Below are positions 39,014 to 51,740 of a stretch of 64,000 nt of DNA, piece by piece. The position numbers were made by a program, and so were the translations under genes. The stretch is from Lama glama (Eukaryota): contig CM052816.1 in the NCBI GenBank assembly GCA_028534125.1, forward strand, positions 40,426,001 through 40,490,000. Reading direction: 5' to 3'. The number at the start of each line of letters is the position of its first letter. Position 1 is the first letter of the stretch. The notes under the pieces were generated by a model. It saw only the letters and a program-made list of their open reading frames with translations. It ran no database searches and was not told the origin of the DNA.

Positions 39014-39714
39014 CAGATAAAGTACCACTAGCTCCCGTCTCTCTAGAACACACTCTAAAATTATTCAGTGAATCTCCTTCTTGTATGTATCATATTCTTT
39101 CATCTTTTGTAATTGTTTGTATCAGCCACATTGCATTAGGAATTTGAAATAATTAACACGTTCAAATCATCAATCCTTTTAAAATAGCATTTAGTACAGT
39201 AGTAAATACTGTGCTGGAAATCTTAAAAAACATTGAGAAATAACAAAATTTCCCCAAGTTAGAGCATTAGGCATTTTATTGGGAATGTTTAAAATATATT
39301 GAACTATTATTCTGATATAACAGCCTGCTATTTACTTTAAGATAGCTCTTTAAGAATTAGAAGCATAAGGTTGACATTTAATAACCATTCATCAAGTTCT
39401 AATGTGACTATCATTAAAACACTTTTTGGTATATGTAGGTTAATGATTCAATTAATTTAAGTTATGAAAGCCTGTCAGACAACAAGTCAAACATGTCTTA
39501 TTTTAACCCTAACAATTTTACCTAGAAGTTAAAGTTGAAAGGAAGAATGTTAGTTTGTTCAGATCTTAAGTAACCAAAATGATACAATGCATATATAAAT
39601 ACTGAAGACAGTATACCTCCCTATCATTATTTGGCATATTTGATAATGCACTAGTAGATTACATACTATAATGTAAGACTAATGCTTTCAAAATATTGAC
39701 AAGAGAGAAAAGAC

Positions 39715-39860
39715 CATTAGTGTAATGGAAGTAAGAGCTGGACAGAAAAACCAGGAGAATGCAGTTCTGGTCCTGGCTCTGCTTGACTGTGTGGCAAGAA
39801 TAAGCATGTTTAAAACCAATCCATTTACCTCTCTGGACTTTGGTTTACTCAAAGAGAGAG
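39715..39860 (+). mobile_element. MIR 5' fragment
   Basis: GTGTAATGGAAGTAAGAGCTGGAC..CCAGGAGA..GTTCTGGTCCTGGCTCTGC...CCTCTCTGGACTTTGGTTT. Confidence 0.6.
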
Positions 39861-39944
39861 AGGAAAAGACAGAGGGAAATAGAAGGAAAGAGAAAAAGTG
39901 AGTGTGTCTATGTTATATAATAAATGTGTTCTTGTTCCTTTTGG

Positions 39945-40100
39945 ATCAAGGTCCTCTTAAATAATCTGATAAAAATCTATAGGCCATCTACCTGGCTAAA
40001 ATCACCTATTTAGACATACAGTTAGTTTTGCCTATAATTTTAGTGATTCAAGGACAACCAGAAGATAATTGCCATGGGTACCGATTTTTTAAAATCTCTG
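39945..40100 (+). mobile_element. MER103-like hAT MITE
   Basis: AATCTGATAAAAATCTATAGGCC...TTTTGCCTATAATTTTAG...CCATGGGTACC...AAAATCTCTG. Confidence 0.6.
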
Positions 40101-40767
40101 AACTAAATTGTAACACTCTTTCCAACAAGAGGTTTATAGTTCTTCTTTGTCAAGTTCTAATGTAAATTTATTCATGGTAACTCACAGACAGTCTTAGTCA
40201 GAAATGTCACAGAGTGACCAGAGTCTTCTGCATGAACAGCAGTCTTTAATTACTAAATTTATCTATAATCATAATCCCATCATAGAGCTAATATTGTTCT
40301 GATTCTTCTCTTCAGTCCCACGAATAATGATAGCACTTGAAAGAGTAAGTCAACTAGTAAGCTATTGAAAGTTTGTAGGTTAGCTTCTGTTAATGAAAAC
40401 ATCAGCATTAAAAGTGCTTGACAGAGTTTAAACCTGTTGAGAATTACTGAAAGCTCAGTGTATTTCTTCATGGAATTAGTTTTTAAAAGAGATCAGTTTA
40501 TAATGATTATACTCAGTTTATACAAGAAGGACAATGATTAGAATTCAATAAAATAATCTTTAAACCCCATGACATATTAGCGATTTTGAACTTAATAGTG
40601 GTTAGAATGATGCAGAATATTTCCCTAATTATAATAGACAAGAATGTCTCATAAATTATATTAGTATTGAGTGTTAGCAGTACAAAGGTGGATAATAAAT
40701 TTGAAGGAAGATGTTTTCCTGTTAAGAAAAGGTGAATATGCATTTACCCAATCAAAACCTAATCATA

Positions 40768-41413
40768 TGTTAGAGCAGGCAGATACCTAGATATGAGCAG
40801 AGAAAAGGGGACATAGACCAAATGGCAAGAATTGGGCAGAAAGGAGGGGCACAGGCCAAACTGCAGGAAACCACACATCATGTAAGCACCAGGGGTCCCT
40901 GGGCAGAGAAAGAAAAGCAGGAATCTTTGGGCCATTAAGGGGCACACTTTTTGGCCTGAAGACCAACAAAGAAAGGTCAGAAAAGGCAGGAATTGCCAAT
41001 GTCCGAATGTAACCTTTTGCTCATTATGTCCTCATTTCAATAAAATTAGCCTTGCAGCTCAGAAGTACCCATCATGCACCGATGCCATGACGCTTCTGAT
41101 CCAGACTAAATAAGGACAAATATCCCTCCTCCTTTGGGAAGGTGAGGTTGGGATGATAATCAGGAAATAAGACCCCAAGCCCTTCCCTCCTCAATGAATA
41201 TTCTGCCCATTCATTTTTACACCCTATGTAACTAACTTGACAAAGAAATTTGGGTCAGCCACTCACCTGAGCCTGCCCGCTCTCCCCTTGAGAGTGTACT
41301 ATCCATCCTTTAATAAATCCTCACTTTACTTTTTTTAATCTCTGAGTCTTGTCTCTGAATTCGTTCTGGGATGGGACAAGAATCTGGAGCACGGGTTGGA
41401 TCCACTGGCAACA
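40768..41413 (+). mobile_element. ERV solo LTR, family X copy A
   Basis: TGTTAGAGCAGGC...GGCAACA termini with AATAAA near the 3' end. Homologous to 41673-42330 (inverted) and 61715-62355. Confidence 0.9.
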
Positions 41414-41468
41414 ATACTTGACAGTGGTGAATTGTTCTTCCACTTGTCTTACCCTTTGGTCATAGTCA

Positions 41469-42469
41469 TATAAAATTTAATAAACAAAAGCCTCAATTAA
41501 ATAAAGTTAGGAGATCAGAGGGAAAGCTCTCATTCCCTGTGAGGATAGCAGAGCCCAAAAGGAAGAAGATTCCTTTTCTTTCCTGGAAACAACTCAGCCA
41601 ATGAAAAGCCACAAACTCTTCATTTACTCTGGTGTTCCCAACTTCCATTTCACCTTTGTAACAGAGTTCTCCTGTTGCTGATAGAGGCAACCAGTGTTCC
41701 AGGTTCTTGTCCCGTCCCAGAAAGAATTCAGAGATAAGACTTAGAGGTTAAAAAAGGTGAAGTGAGAATTTTTTAAAGGATGGATAGTACACTCTAAGGG
41801 GAGAGCGGGCAGGCTCAGGTGAGCGGCTGCCCTGAGTTTCTTTGGCAAGTTAGTTACATAGGGTGTAAAAATGAATGGGCGGAATATTCATTGGGGAGGG
41901 AAGGGTTTGGGGTCGCATTCCCTGATTATCATCCCAACTCCACCTCCCCAAAGGGAGGAGGGACTTTTGTCCTTATTTAGTCTGGATCAGAAGCGTCATG
42001 GCATCGGTGCATGATGGGTACTTCTGAGCTGCAAGGCTAATTTTATTGAAATGAGGGCATAATGAGCAAAAGGTTACATTCGGACACTGGCAATTCCTGC
42101 CTTTTCTCACCTTTCTTTGCTCTTCTCCAGGCCACTTGTTGTCCCAAAAGGCATGATCCCTTATCAGCCCCAAGGTTCCTGCTTTTCTTTCTCTGCCCAA
42201 GGATCCCTGCTGCTTACATGATGTGTGGTTTCCTGCATTTGGCTTGTGCCCCTCCTTTCTGCCCAATTCTTGCCATTTGGTCTGTGCACCACTTTCTCTG
42301 CTCATATCTAGCTATCTGCCTGCTCTGACACTTCCCTTGCTGTACTTTGACATGCACGTGGCTTACATAATACTTGCAGGTCCTGAATTGTAATTCTTTG
42401 TTAATCACGCACGCACAAATCCATTTTTGTTGGAGAAATATCTGGCAGTCTATTTGTTTTAGGTTAATA
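41469..42469 (+). mobile_element. ERV1-type solo LTR split by family X copy B
   Basis: CCAAT box in CTCAGCCAATGAAAAGCC. The host reads continuously GAGTTCTCC|CTTCCCTTGC and ends GGCAGTCTATTTGTTTTAGGTTAATA. Near-TSD GTCA/GTCT. Confidence 0.7.
41673..42330 (-). mobile_element. ERV solo LTR, family X copy B
   Basis: Reverse complement of copy A along its whole length. Near-TSD CTCC/CTTC. Confidence 0.9.
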
Positions 42470-42502
42470 GTCTTCATCATTCTTCACTCCTCCCACCCAA
42501 TC

Positions 42503-42868
42503 TGTGATGAAGATTATTAATGGTCTCAATTTAATCTAAAGGGATTGTTTGGAAGAGGTATAAAGGAGGAGCAAGGATACAAAAGAGTTTTTACAAAAAA
42601 ACCCAGGTAGTCTGAACATCAAAACATTGTTAAAATGAGACATCTCAGGTTAATGAGTTTAACACTTTTCTATGTATGGGAAGATGTAAAGAGTCTAGAC
42701 TTACTGAAATTATCCCTTTGATAAGCACCTTGACTGTCTGGGACTAGTTTCCTGTTTTTCTCCTAAATCCCCTTAGGGTATACCTTCTAAGGTGGCTGCA
42801 GTGGCTGATGGCTTAATGGCTGCAACATCCTTTGTTTACTGATATGGCAGGAGATGGTCTTAGTCTGT
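42503..42868 (-). mobile_element. Artiodactyl MER41-like ERV1 LTR fragment
   Basis: TTTTCTATGTATGGGAAGATGTAAAGAGTCT...GGTGGCTGCAGTGGCTGATGGCTT...CAACATCCTTTGTTTACTGATATGGCAG. Confidence 0.7.
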
Positions 42869-45582
42869 AAAGGCAAGATAAGAAGTATCTAATTACTGTA
42901 TCTTGATTCAAATATTCAAATGATTGTCATTCAACATAAAACATCTAAGTAACATTGTTTTCTTTTAATTTCCTTTATATGGTGTTTGTATTGCTATTTT
43001 TCAAAATAGAAACTGTCTTTTAGTATCCCAAATTGAACCTGGATTGTATCTTTTCATTTCAAAGGATGATATCCATTTTGTTGATGAAAATAAAACAAGA
43101 TTAATGATCCATTTTTCTTTGGCAATCACTGCAGTTTACATTAATATAGAGAACTTCAAAGAGTCTAGAAATGACAGTCTTTGATCAAAAAATATGAGAC
43201 TTTTGTAAGTGTGTGGATCACACATTTAAAATATGTTTGTTGACAATATAGCAAAATTCAGTCCTTTTAAGAATTACCTGATGGATAACTCATTTTTATA
43301 TCAAGTATTAGGTTGGAGATGTGGTATTCTTAGATTTTTTAAAAAGCAGTGAAAGAGCAAAATGCCTTCTTTCCAAATCTTTCAGTAATCCTTGACATGT
43401 AAGGTCTTGTTTGAATATAAATTGAGTATAAATTTATACAGCAGGATATTTTTACTCCATTTTACATTAGAGTGTACTGGAGCTTAGAAAGGTAAAATAA
43501 GGTTTGTAAGATCAAAGTTGGCATTCACATCTAAATGTGTTTGGTTCCAAAGACTGTCCTTAACCATTACCCTGCCCTGCAGTTCCTCTTTTTCCAGAGG
43601 ATGGAGAAGTGTGAATCTGAGCTGGGTGTAAGCATGGTTTAAGAGAGTGATTTGAGAAAAAGAAATCCATTTTATCACTGTATCCCCTTTAAGATTCATA
43701 CTACTGACTTTTTATAGCTCCTGCAAAGATTCTTTTCCCAGACACACTAAGAAGTGAGTTTTCATTTTTTAACTTTTAGGATACCACATTTCCTTGTTAC
43801 AGATTCTCTGCTAGAGCACAGAAAAAATATGAATACTTCTAGTTTTTTTCCATGACACTTGCATATCTCTGAACCAAAATCTGAAAAAGCATGCAAAACA
43901 AAAATTTTGATCTACCTTATTTATTACTTCATATTTTTAAAAATGGTTACATCTAATTCAGCAGAAATTTTGAAAGATTAATCTGCTTTGGTGGGATAGA
44001 ATGCAAGAATGGGCCAATTTAAAGAAATCTGTTATAAATTTAATCTCATCTCCATACTTGTTTCAAAAACTATTTCTAAAATTTAAAAAAATCAAAATGG
44101 AATAAAAGCTCACAATAAACTAAAAGTTAAAAATATTACATAAAAAGTAATGTGTGTATAAGATAATAATAGGGATGCTGCTTATTTTAAAAACTAAAAG
44201 GCATCCCCATTAAACTCCACAATAAAAAAGGAGTCCCTTTACCATTATTAAATAATGAAGTAATAGAGGATCTGGAAATACTGATGTAAGTTTAGTCAAA
44301 ATATTAATAGTACAAAAGAGAAATTTCAGTCTGATTCATATTAATAACCTTTTAACAAGGGTCAATTATTCTATAAATGGAATAACAGTGTTTTTCTAAA
44401 GTGATAAAATTATCTCTATTTATGCAAAATATATTTTAAGTAGATTTAATATTACAGCTGAAAAGAATAATAAAATAATTAGAATAACCCTGAATTATTC
44501 TTATTTTTAGATGGAGAAATAATCTCTAACCATAAAAGTAAAGAAGCAAGCAGTAGAGATTGAATTAAAAAACTAAGATTTTTGTACATCAAAAATATTA
44601 TAAACAAAATTAAAGTTCAAGTGACAGCCTTGCCTCTAGCTGCTCCCATTGGTTTGGGTTTTCTGGCTAATAAGCCAAGCCTGAAAAGCATCCACAAAGC
44701 AACAAAGGCAAAATGAAGGGGGTAGATTTATTATGAGACAGTTGCTTAACAATGCATTTGTTCTCAAAATTTAACAGTCACCATACCCAGAGCAAGTGAG
44801 TACCTTCTGTTACTCAATAACTGAAATTCTTGAAATAAAAAAGTCACTGGCCAGATGTCTATTCTTCTATTTAGAGAATCAGATCAATTAACAGCTACAA
44901 TTCCCTAATCCATCTTTCAAATCCCCAATAAAATGGCTGTGCCTGGAATTGCAATGTAGAAAACCAAAGTTTATTTCTTTACTAAATATGCTGAATTCTA
45001 CTCTTTAATTTTAATAATGAAAATTGGATCTAAAACATGTTAAGAATTTTCAAATTGACAAGTTTGAAAAGCATTGGAAGTTTTTGACTAGAAGGTGGGA
45101 ACAAATGTTAAATCTGCTGAAAGTTAAGTGCAAAAACAAAGTGAGACAGACATCTAAATTTACATAGTCAAAATTTAAATACTTTAAATGTGGTTTAGGA
45201 TATATGAAGACCTGAAATATTATCTTAGAAATAAAAGTGATAAAACTTGCTTTTATCTAGAGGGAAAAAAAAAGGGATATAGAATGAAGACTAAGATTCT
45301 GCTTTTGTTCTAATTCACTCTAAATGATTACAAATGTTTCGACGATATAAAAATTTAGTATTTCTTTACTGTGTATATATACTAAAAGGAAGCTCCAGAT
45401 TTTAATGTAAATCTTGTAGGAATTGTTTCAGCACTACAAATTCAATACTGTTATACTCTAGAAAGTTTTAATATTTCAAGGATTTTCTGTTCTGGGAACT
45501 TAATTCTATACAGTTTTTTATTTGACATTTCATTTGACTTGTATAATAAGTGGCATGTGCTAGAGCAATGATTGATTAGAAT

Positions 45583-46119
45583 TGTAGGGGAGCAAAATTT
45601 GCCATCCCAGAATGTGTCTCTTTGGCATGAGGATTAATTTAGGCTGATTATTTTTAAGAAACAGAACACTCAGAAAGTCTTTCTTTTTACCTCCCTCATA
45701 GGTGCCTAAAGAATTTAGATGAAGGGCCTATTTCCAGAATGGAGATATCACCAGAGATATCTGCAAAGCATGAGGATTAGGTTTGGTGGGGCCTAGAGAT
45801 CAGAGTTTACTCTATGTCCCACTGTCCCTGCTTGGGACCAGACATTTGCTTCTACATCTCCATATGAATTGTCTTTCTCCCCTTTGAAGACCTAAACCAC
45901 TGCTCCCAAAATCCTCTTATTGTCTTTAGTTGAAGGTGGTATTTAAGGTGAAGGTTTCGATTTTGATTAAGTTACTCAGTTGTCCTGGGTCTCCTCCATG
46001 TGTGTATGTTATTAAGCTTTTGTTTGATTTCCTCCGGTTAATCTGTCTCATGTCAGTTTAATTCTTAGAGCATCCAGAAGAACCTAGAAAGGTAGAAGAT
46101 AATTTCTTCCTCCCTGACA
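45583..46119 (+). mobile_element. MER34-like ERV1 solo LTR
   Basis: TGTAGGGGAGCAAAATTTGCCATCCCAGAATGTGTCTCTTTGGCATGAGGATTA...CTTCCTCCCTGACA, with a perfect TSD GAAT. Same family as 48154-50275. Confidence 0.9.
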
Positions 46120-46649
46120 GAATTTTCTACAAATTCAAATAAAATTAATAAATCTGCCCTAAACACCAGAATGCCAAGTCTAGCAAAAACATGTAGTAAT
46201 CATTGAGCTACCATGTTTATTCTAACTTCAAGAATTAACCTAACTCAAGTATCCTCCAAATGCTTCTTTTCATTTCAGCATATGTAGAATAGTTACAGCA
46301 ATCTAACAATGGTCCGATTTGAAGTTATATTTGAATTTTAAAAAGGAGTCAGCATCTGGAAGACTTGAAAATAAGGCAAAACTTTACACGTTAGAATGTC
46401 CACAACTGGAAGACTTACTCTATTAGTCAATAAATTTGAAAGTTTAAAACTGAGATGGTAGGCTGAAATCTGATGGATTCTGGAAAGTAAGATATCATAT
46501 ATGCTTTCATGCACAGAAAATCTAAGAGCTACATGATCCATGAAGATCTTGGTTCATAGAGTTCTAAGTTGATATTTACATGTTTCAATGGTCAGTATGT
46601 GCAGAGTAGTTTGACATAGGAAAAAGTGGTGGCTACAAGAGGATGACCA

Positions 46650-47203
46650 TGTTCCAGGTCTAGGTTGAGTCCCTGGGAAGCACCCTGCCAGGTAAGGATC
46701 CTTGGCTTCACGCAGGAAAGAGTTCAAGAGCAAGCCATAGCTGAGTAAAAATACATTTATTTAGAGAGATGTACACGAGGGAAGGAGAGGATTGTTAAAG
46801 TAAAGGTTGATACACACACCATAGACAGAATGCGGGCCATCTAGGAAGGAAAGGAAGAGACAGTGACCAGGAGGTTCAGTGTTGCTAGTTCTTATATGTT
46901 AACAAGTGAGAGGATTATTCCAGCTGCTTTGGGGAAGGGGTGGGGATTCCCAAGAATTAGGCCACTGCCCTCTCTTTGACCTATAATAGTTAGCTTCAGA
47001 ACTGTCATGATTCTTGTGGATGTGTCATTCACCATGCTAGTACCTTACAGTGTGTGTAATGAAGCTCAAAGTCCACTGGAGGTCGAATCTTCTGCTATCT
47101 TGGGCCTCAGGGTCTATTGGAAATTGACTTTTCTGCCATCTTTGTGCTAATTGCTGTTTCATTCCTTTAATGGCTGTGCCTTGCCCCTTTCCTTCCTGTC
47201 TCA
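46650..47203 (-). mobile_element. ERV1-type solo LTR
   Basis: TGTTCCAGG...GGATCCTTGGCTTCACGCAGGAAAGAGTTCAAGAGCAAGCCA..TTTATT...CCTGTCTCA. No clean TSD found. Confidence 0.75.
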
Positions 47204-48198
47204 GTTTTAAATTTCTAAGGAAAGGAGATATTTTTCATCCATAAATCCAATGCAGTTGGTCATATGAATTTCAAGTTAATGTCTATAGTGAACATTTCTT
47301 TCTGCTTCATATTTTCTGCACTTTATCTGTTTTGGATTATACATTGTGTTTATATACATATACTATATTTATTTGAAAGTTTTACAGTATAGAATTTATT
47401 TGCTTTACCCACAAAATATAATTTTTTTAAAAAGCAGCTGAAAAATAGAAATGATGTATTAAGATAAACTTGAAACTTGTTTGACAGATAAATATTTGCA
47501 ATGTTAAAAATATTAATAGTATTTGAAATAAGCACAATTTAAATACCTGAATTGGGAAACAGGCCAAAATCACCGATGGAAATTCAAATATAAATATTAA
47601 TGTCAAAAGAGAATTTTGAAAAATTATTTCATTTTACTGGACAACAAATAAATTTAAATGAGAGTTATAAACTACCAATTTTTTTAATCCATCATATTGA
47701 AAAATATTCAAACTCAATAATTATACCAGTATGTGTAAAGTGCTGTAAAATTGGCATTTCCATATATTGGTGAGATTATGAAAAGGTGTAACTTTTCTTG
47801 AGGAAAATTCAGATATATACATCAAAAATTATAAAGTTGTTATCTTTTCTTCTAATTACATAATCCTAACAATTTTCCTAAGAAAAAAATAGACATATGA
47901 CACAGTTTGAAAAATATGTTTATTAAATATGTCCTTCTAATAAAAGGAAACTTTGGAAATATTGCAGGCAAATTAAATACGAGTACTTCTGTCACTTTAC
48001 AGTAAATAGAGTTAAGATTACAAATGTAATTTTTTAAGGAGTTGATGTTGATATTCCAATTTTAATTTAAAATTATAACTGCTGAGTACTTCATTGTGGA
48101 TGTAACATATTTTATTCATCAGTTCTGTATTGAGGGTCAATTTATGTTGCTTTTGTAAGGGAGCAAAATTTGGCACACCAGAATGTATCTCTTTGACA

Positions 48199-48641
48199 AG
48201 CCCATGAAAAATTAATTATTAGTCAATCTAAGAAAAAAATGGAAAATTTTATTTAAGTCAACATGAGGATTTAACCTGGAAGACAGTCTTTCACAAACCT
48301 ATACTGTTCTGCTAGTTAGAAGTCAAAGCACAGTTATTTTTTGAGACAAAGGATTATATGTCAAAGGGCATATTATTGACAATTTACACAATCCAGATCT
48401 GCACCTTTGAAGCAATAGTAGGTCCTGAGTCACTGTGACCTCTTACATGCTAAAGAAAGAAGGTTATCTCCTAAGGAGTTGTGACCCTTGATAAGATTAA
48501 GAATGTTATCTCCTAAGAAGGTCTGGTTAATGCAGATGCATAATAGATACTAAAGGGGAGGGAGGAGACCCAAATAGGCAAAGGAAAATTTTATGTTTAT
48601 ATTTTCTTGTCTTGCCATAAAATATGAATTTTAATTCATCA
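48199..48641 (-). mobile_element. MER41-like ERV1 LTR nested in the MER34-like LTR
   Basis: Interrupts the host at TTTGGCA|TGAGG with TSD GACA/GGCA. Contains TTTATTTAAGTCAACATGAGGATTTAACCTGGAAGACAG and an internal ~45-bp duplication (GTGACC...GTTATCTCCTAAG twice). Confidence 0.75.
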
Positions 48642-48862
48642 GGCATGAGGATTATTTCCAGCTGAAAACTATCAAGGCTCGAAAGACTCAAGAAGTCTTT
48701 CTTTTCTGCCTTCATTCTATCTGCCTAAAAGAATTTAGATAAAGGACCTATTTGGAAAATAGAGGTATCACTGGAGATATCTGCAAAGAATATGGGCAAA
48801 ATGTGGTGAAGGGAAGACTCTGCAGGGCCTCGAGATTAGAGTCCACTCTATCCCATCATCTT

Positions 48863-49968
48863 TGAAATGGGGCAGGATCCTATGAAGCCTTCCCAATTCA
48901 GACCCACCCCTCCCCAACCCTATCATGTCCTCCACCTGCATCTTGTCTGTAGAAAAACTTTAGTCAAAAAATAAGTTTATTGGAGATTAGAGATTGTGAT
49001 TCTAAGTGAAGTAAGCCAGAAACAGAAAGAAAAATACCATATGATATCACTTATATGTGGAATCTAAAAAAAAGACAAATGAGCTTATTTACAAAACAGA
49101 AGCAGATTCACAGACATAGAAAACAAACTTATGGTTACTGGGGGGAGGGGATGGGAAGAGATAAATTGGGAGTTTGAGATTTTCAGATACTAACTACTAT
49201 ACATAAAACAGATGAACAACAAGTTTCTACTGTATAGCACAGGGAACTATATTCAATATCTTGTAACCTATAATGAAAAAGAATATGAGAATGAATATAC
49301 GTATGTATTTGTATGAGTGAGCTATGATGCTATACGTAAGAAACTGACACAACATTGTAAACTGATTATACTTCAAAAAAAAGTTTAATCAGAGAAATAA
49401 GAAAATATGGAAGAAAAGGGAAAGAGTAAAGCAAAACAAAATAATAATAGTTTAGTCATTAAACATAGTCAAGGACCTTTATTTCCTCCTCAAGGGCTAT
49501 AGAGAATATTTTGAGCTATATCCTTCAAGCTGTTTTATAGATACTGAAACTCCCACCAGGTGGAAAAAGTTAACTATATGATGACCAGACTGTAGCCATG
49601 ACATAAGCTGCCAAAGTTCTGAAAATTGTCTTCAAAGAAATGGAAGCAAACAAACTCTGGAACTGAAGATTAACTGTACTTAAAACAATCAACATGATGC
49701 TAATCAGACCATCATGTGCCTAATTTCAAGATGACTGTCAGGGCTGACTGCTGCATGTAGGCCCCTCCTTCCACCCGTACAACCCTGGAACTCCTCTTTG
49801 AAAGCTCTTGTCCACTGACCAGCAGTGTAGAGTTGGCCTTTAGACATAAATGTACCTTCTCCCCAGGTTGCTGGCCTCTGGAATAAAGCAGACTTCCCTT
49901 TCTACTAACACTTGCTTCTGTAGTATTGGCTTTGAGCAGCCAATAGCTGAATCTGAGTTTCAGCAACA
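48863..49968 (+). mobile_element. ERV1 solo LTR nested in the MER34-like LTR
   Basis: TGAAATGGGG...GAATAAAGCAGACTTCCC...GTATTGGCTTTGAGCAGC...CAGCAACA, near-TSD TCTT/TCTG. Confidence 0.8.
48980..49380 (+). mobile_element. 5'-truncated artiodactyl-type L1 3' end nested in the LTR above
   Basis: CTAAGTGAAGTAAGCCAGA, ATATGATATCACTTATATGTGGAATCT, TACTGTATAGCACAGGGAACTATATTCAATATC, TATACTTCAAAAAA. TSD AAGTTTA (48973-48979, 49381-49387). Confidence 0.92.
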
Positions 49969-50279
49969 TCTGCAGGGCCCAGCAAATACTTGTTAACAAA
50001 ACATTTGCTTTTCCAGCTCCATGTGAATTGCCTTCCTCCTGTTTGGAGTACCAAACCATTACCCGCAACATTTTTTTTGCCTTTAGCTGAAAATAGTATT
50101 TAAGGTGAGGAGTTTAGCCATTTTAATGAGTTACTCAGCTGTCTTTGGTCTCTCCCATATGTCCATGTTATTAAATTTTTGTTTGATTATTTCCTGTTAA
50201 TCTGTCTTATATCAATTTAATTCTTAGACCAAACAGAACCTAAAAGAGCAGAGGAAAATTCCTTCCTCCCTGACACTTT

Positions 50280-51545
50280 CCACCTTTAATTACTTAAAAT
50301 AACACTGCAGTAAATGTATTTGTGTAAAGGTCATTTTGTATTTTTGCAATTTGGTAAAAATTCTTAAAAATGATATTGTTGGTTCAAAGTGCAAATATGC
50401 TTTTTATTTTTAGACATCATATAGTCCCCTTCTTATGAGTTGAACCGTTTTGAATCTCCACCAGAGCAAAATATGTTTTCTCATTTCCCTACAACTTTGC
50501 TAAAAAACAAACTTAATTTTAAACTTTTAAATTTTTTATATGAGATTATAATATTTTTCTTTCTTTTTTTTGCTTATTATGAGCAAGATTGGGCATTTAA
50601 AAAATATGATTTTAAAAGCCAATTGCATATATTCTTCTATGATTTATTTATATAACTTGTCCATATTCTTACCAAATTGTTGGCCTTCGACTTAACAATT
50701 TCTATAACCTCTATATATATTAGGAACAGTTTGCCTCTGAGATGAATTACAAGTGTTTTTTTCATTTAGTTATTTGCCTTGCCAAGTCAAACTTTTTTTC
50801 TTATTTTTTTCACTTCTCTTGTCCTAATTACCAATCATTTCTTTCTTCTGAATTACAAGTCATACTTAGATTTTTTTTCTAACTCTAGGTTAAAATCTAT
50901 TGATGTGTTAATTTCTATACATGAGTGGTTTTACTTTTCTCCTTTTGAATTAAAAATCCATTTTGAATTTATGCTGATTTTTGATATCACAAGTGGACTT
51001 AATTTTACTGTTTCCATGAAAATATAGTTATTACAACATTATTTATGTGAAAGTCTGTGTTTTCCTTACTGGCTTGAAATGCTGCCTTTACCATATTCTA
51101 AATTTCCTTCTTTTCTGGGGTCTATTTTTGGATGTGTTAATTCTCCTTTGTGCTGTCTATCCATGTTCCAGAACATAATCTTCCCTTAGTAAAAGATAGT
51201 CTGTTTCCATTGTTTTCTTTTAAGGATGTCTGAACTATTTTTGCTACTAATTTTTTTATGTAAACTTAATGATCAATTTAACTAGTTCCAGGAAGAAACT
51301 TTATAAAACCTAATAGGATATTTGTTGATATTAGATGAAATTCATAATTAATCATCTTTATGATGTTGAGTCTTTGTATACAAGAAAATAACATTTTTTT
51401 AATTTGTTCAAATCTCCTTTTGTGTCTTTTAGCAGTATGTGATAGTATTCCTTATATAGACATTTACTATGCCTAGTTTGTTTTTTTCTTTTCTATTTGC
51501 AATAGGATTTTCTAGCATTAATCTAATAGGCTATCTGCCCAGAGG
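50280..51545 (-). mobile_element. Degraded antisense L1ME (continues left at ~48000-48153)
   Basis: T-rich strand with AATCCATTTTGAATTTAT, CAACATTATTTAT and CATCTTTATGATGTTGAGTCTT motifs. Confidence 0.7.
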
Positions 51546-51574
51546 AAGATTGTTACCAATATAAGACATTATTA

Positions 51575-51740
51575 AGTATATTTCTACTATGAAATAAGAA
51601 TAATACTTGGTTGTGGCATTATACTGTCATTTTATAAGATGTTACCGTTGGATGAAACTGGGTGAAGGGTACATTATCTCTCTGTATTATTTCTTACAAA
51701 TACAGGTGAAACTGTGATTATCTAAAAATTAAAAAAAAAA
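51575..51740 (+). mobile_element. L1MC-like 3' end with A tail
   Basis: AAGATGTTACCGTTGGATGAAACTGGGTGAAGGGTAC..CTCTCTGTATTATTTCTTACAA...AAAAAAAAAA. Confidence 0.8.

Larger units (their letters stand above)
48154..50275 (+). mobile_element. MER34-like solo LTR in three pieces (48154-48198, 48642-48862, 49969-50275) hosting nested insertions, itself inserted in an antisense L1ME
   Basis: The pieces align in order to the intact copy at 45583-46119. Perfect outer TSD CTTT (48150-48153, 50276-50279). Confidence 0.88.
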
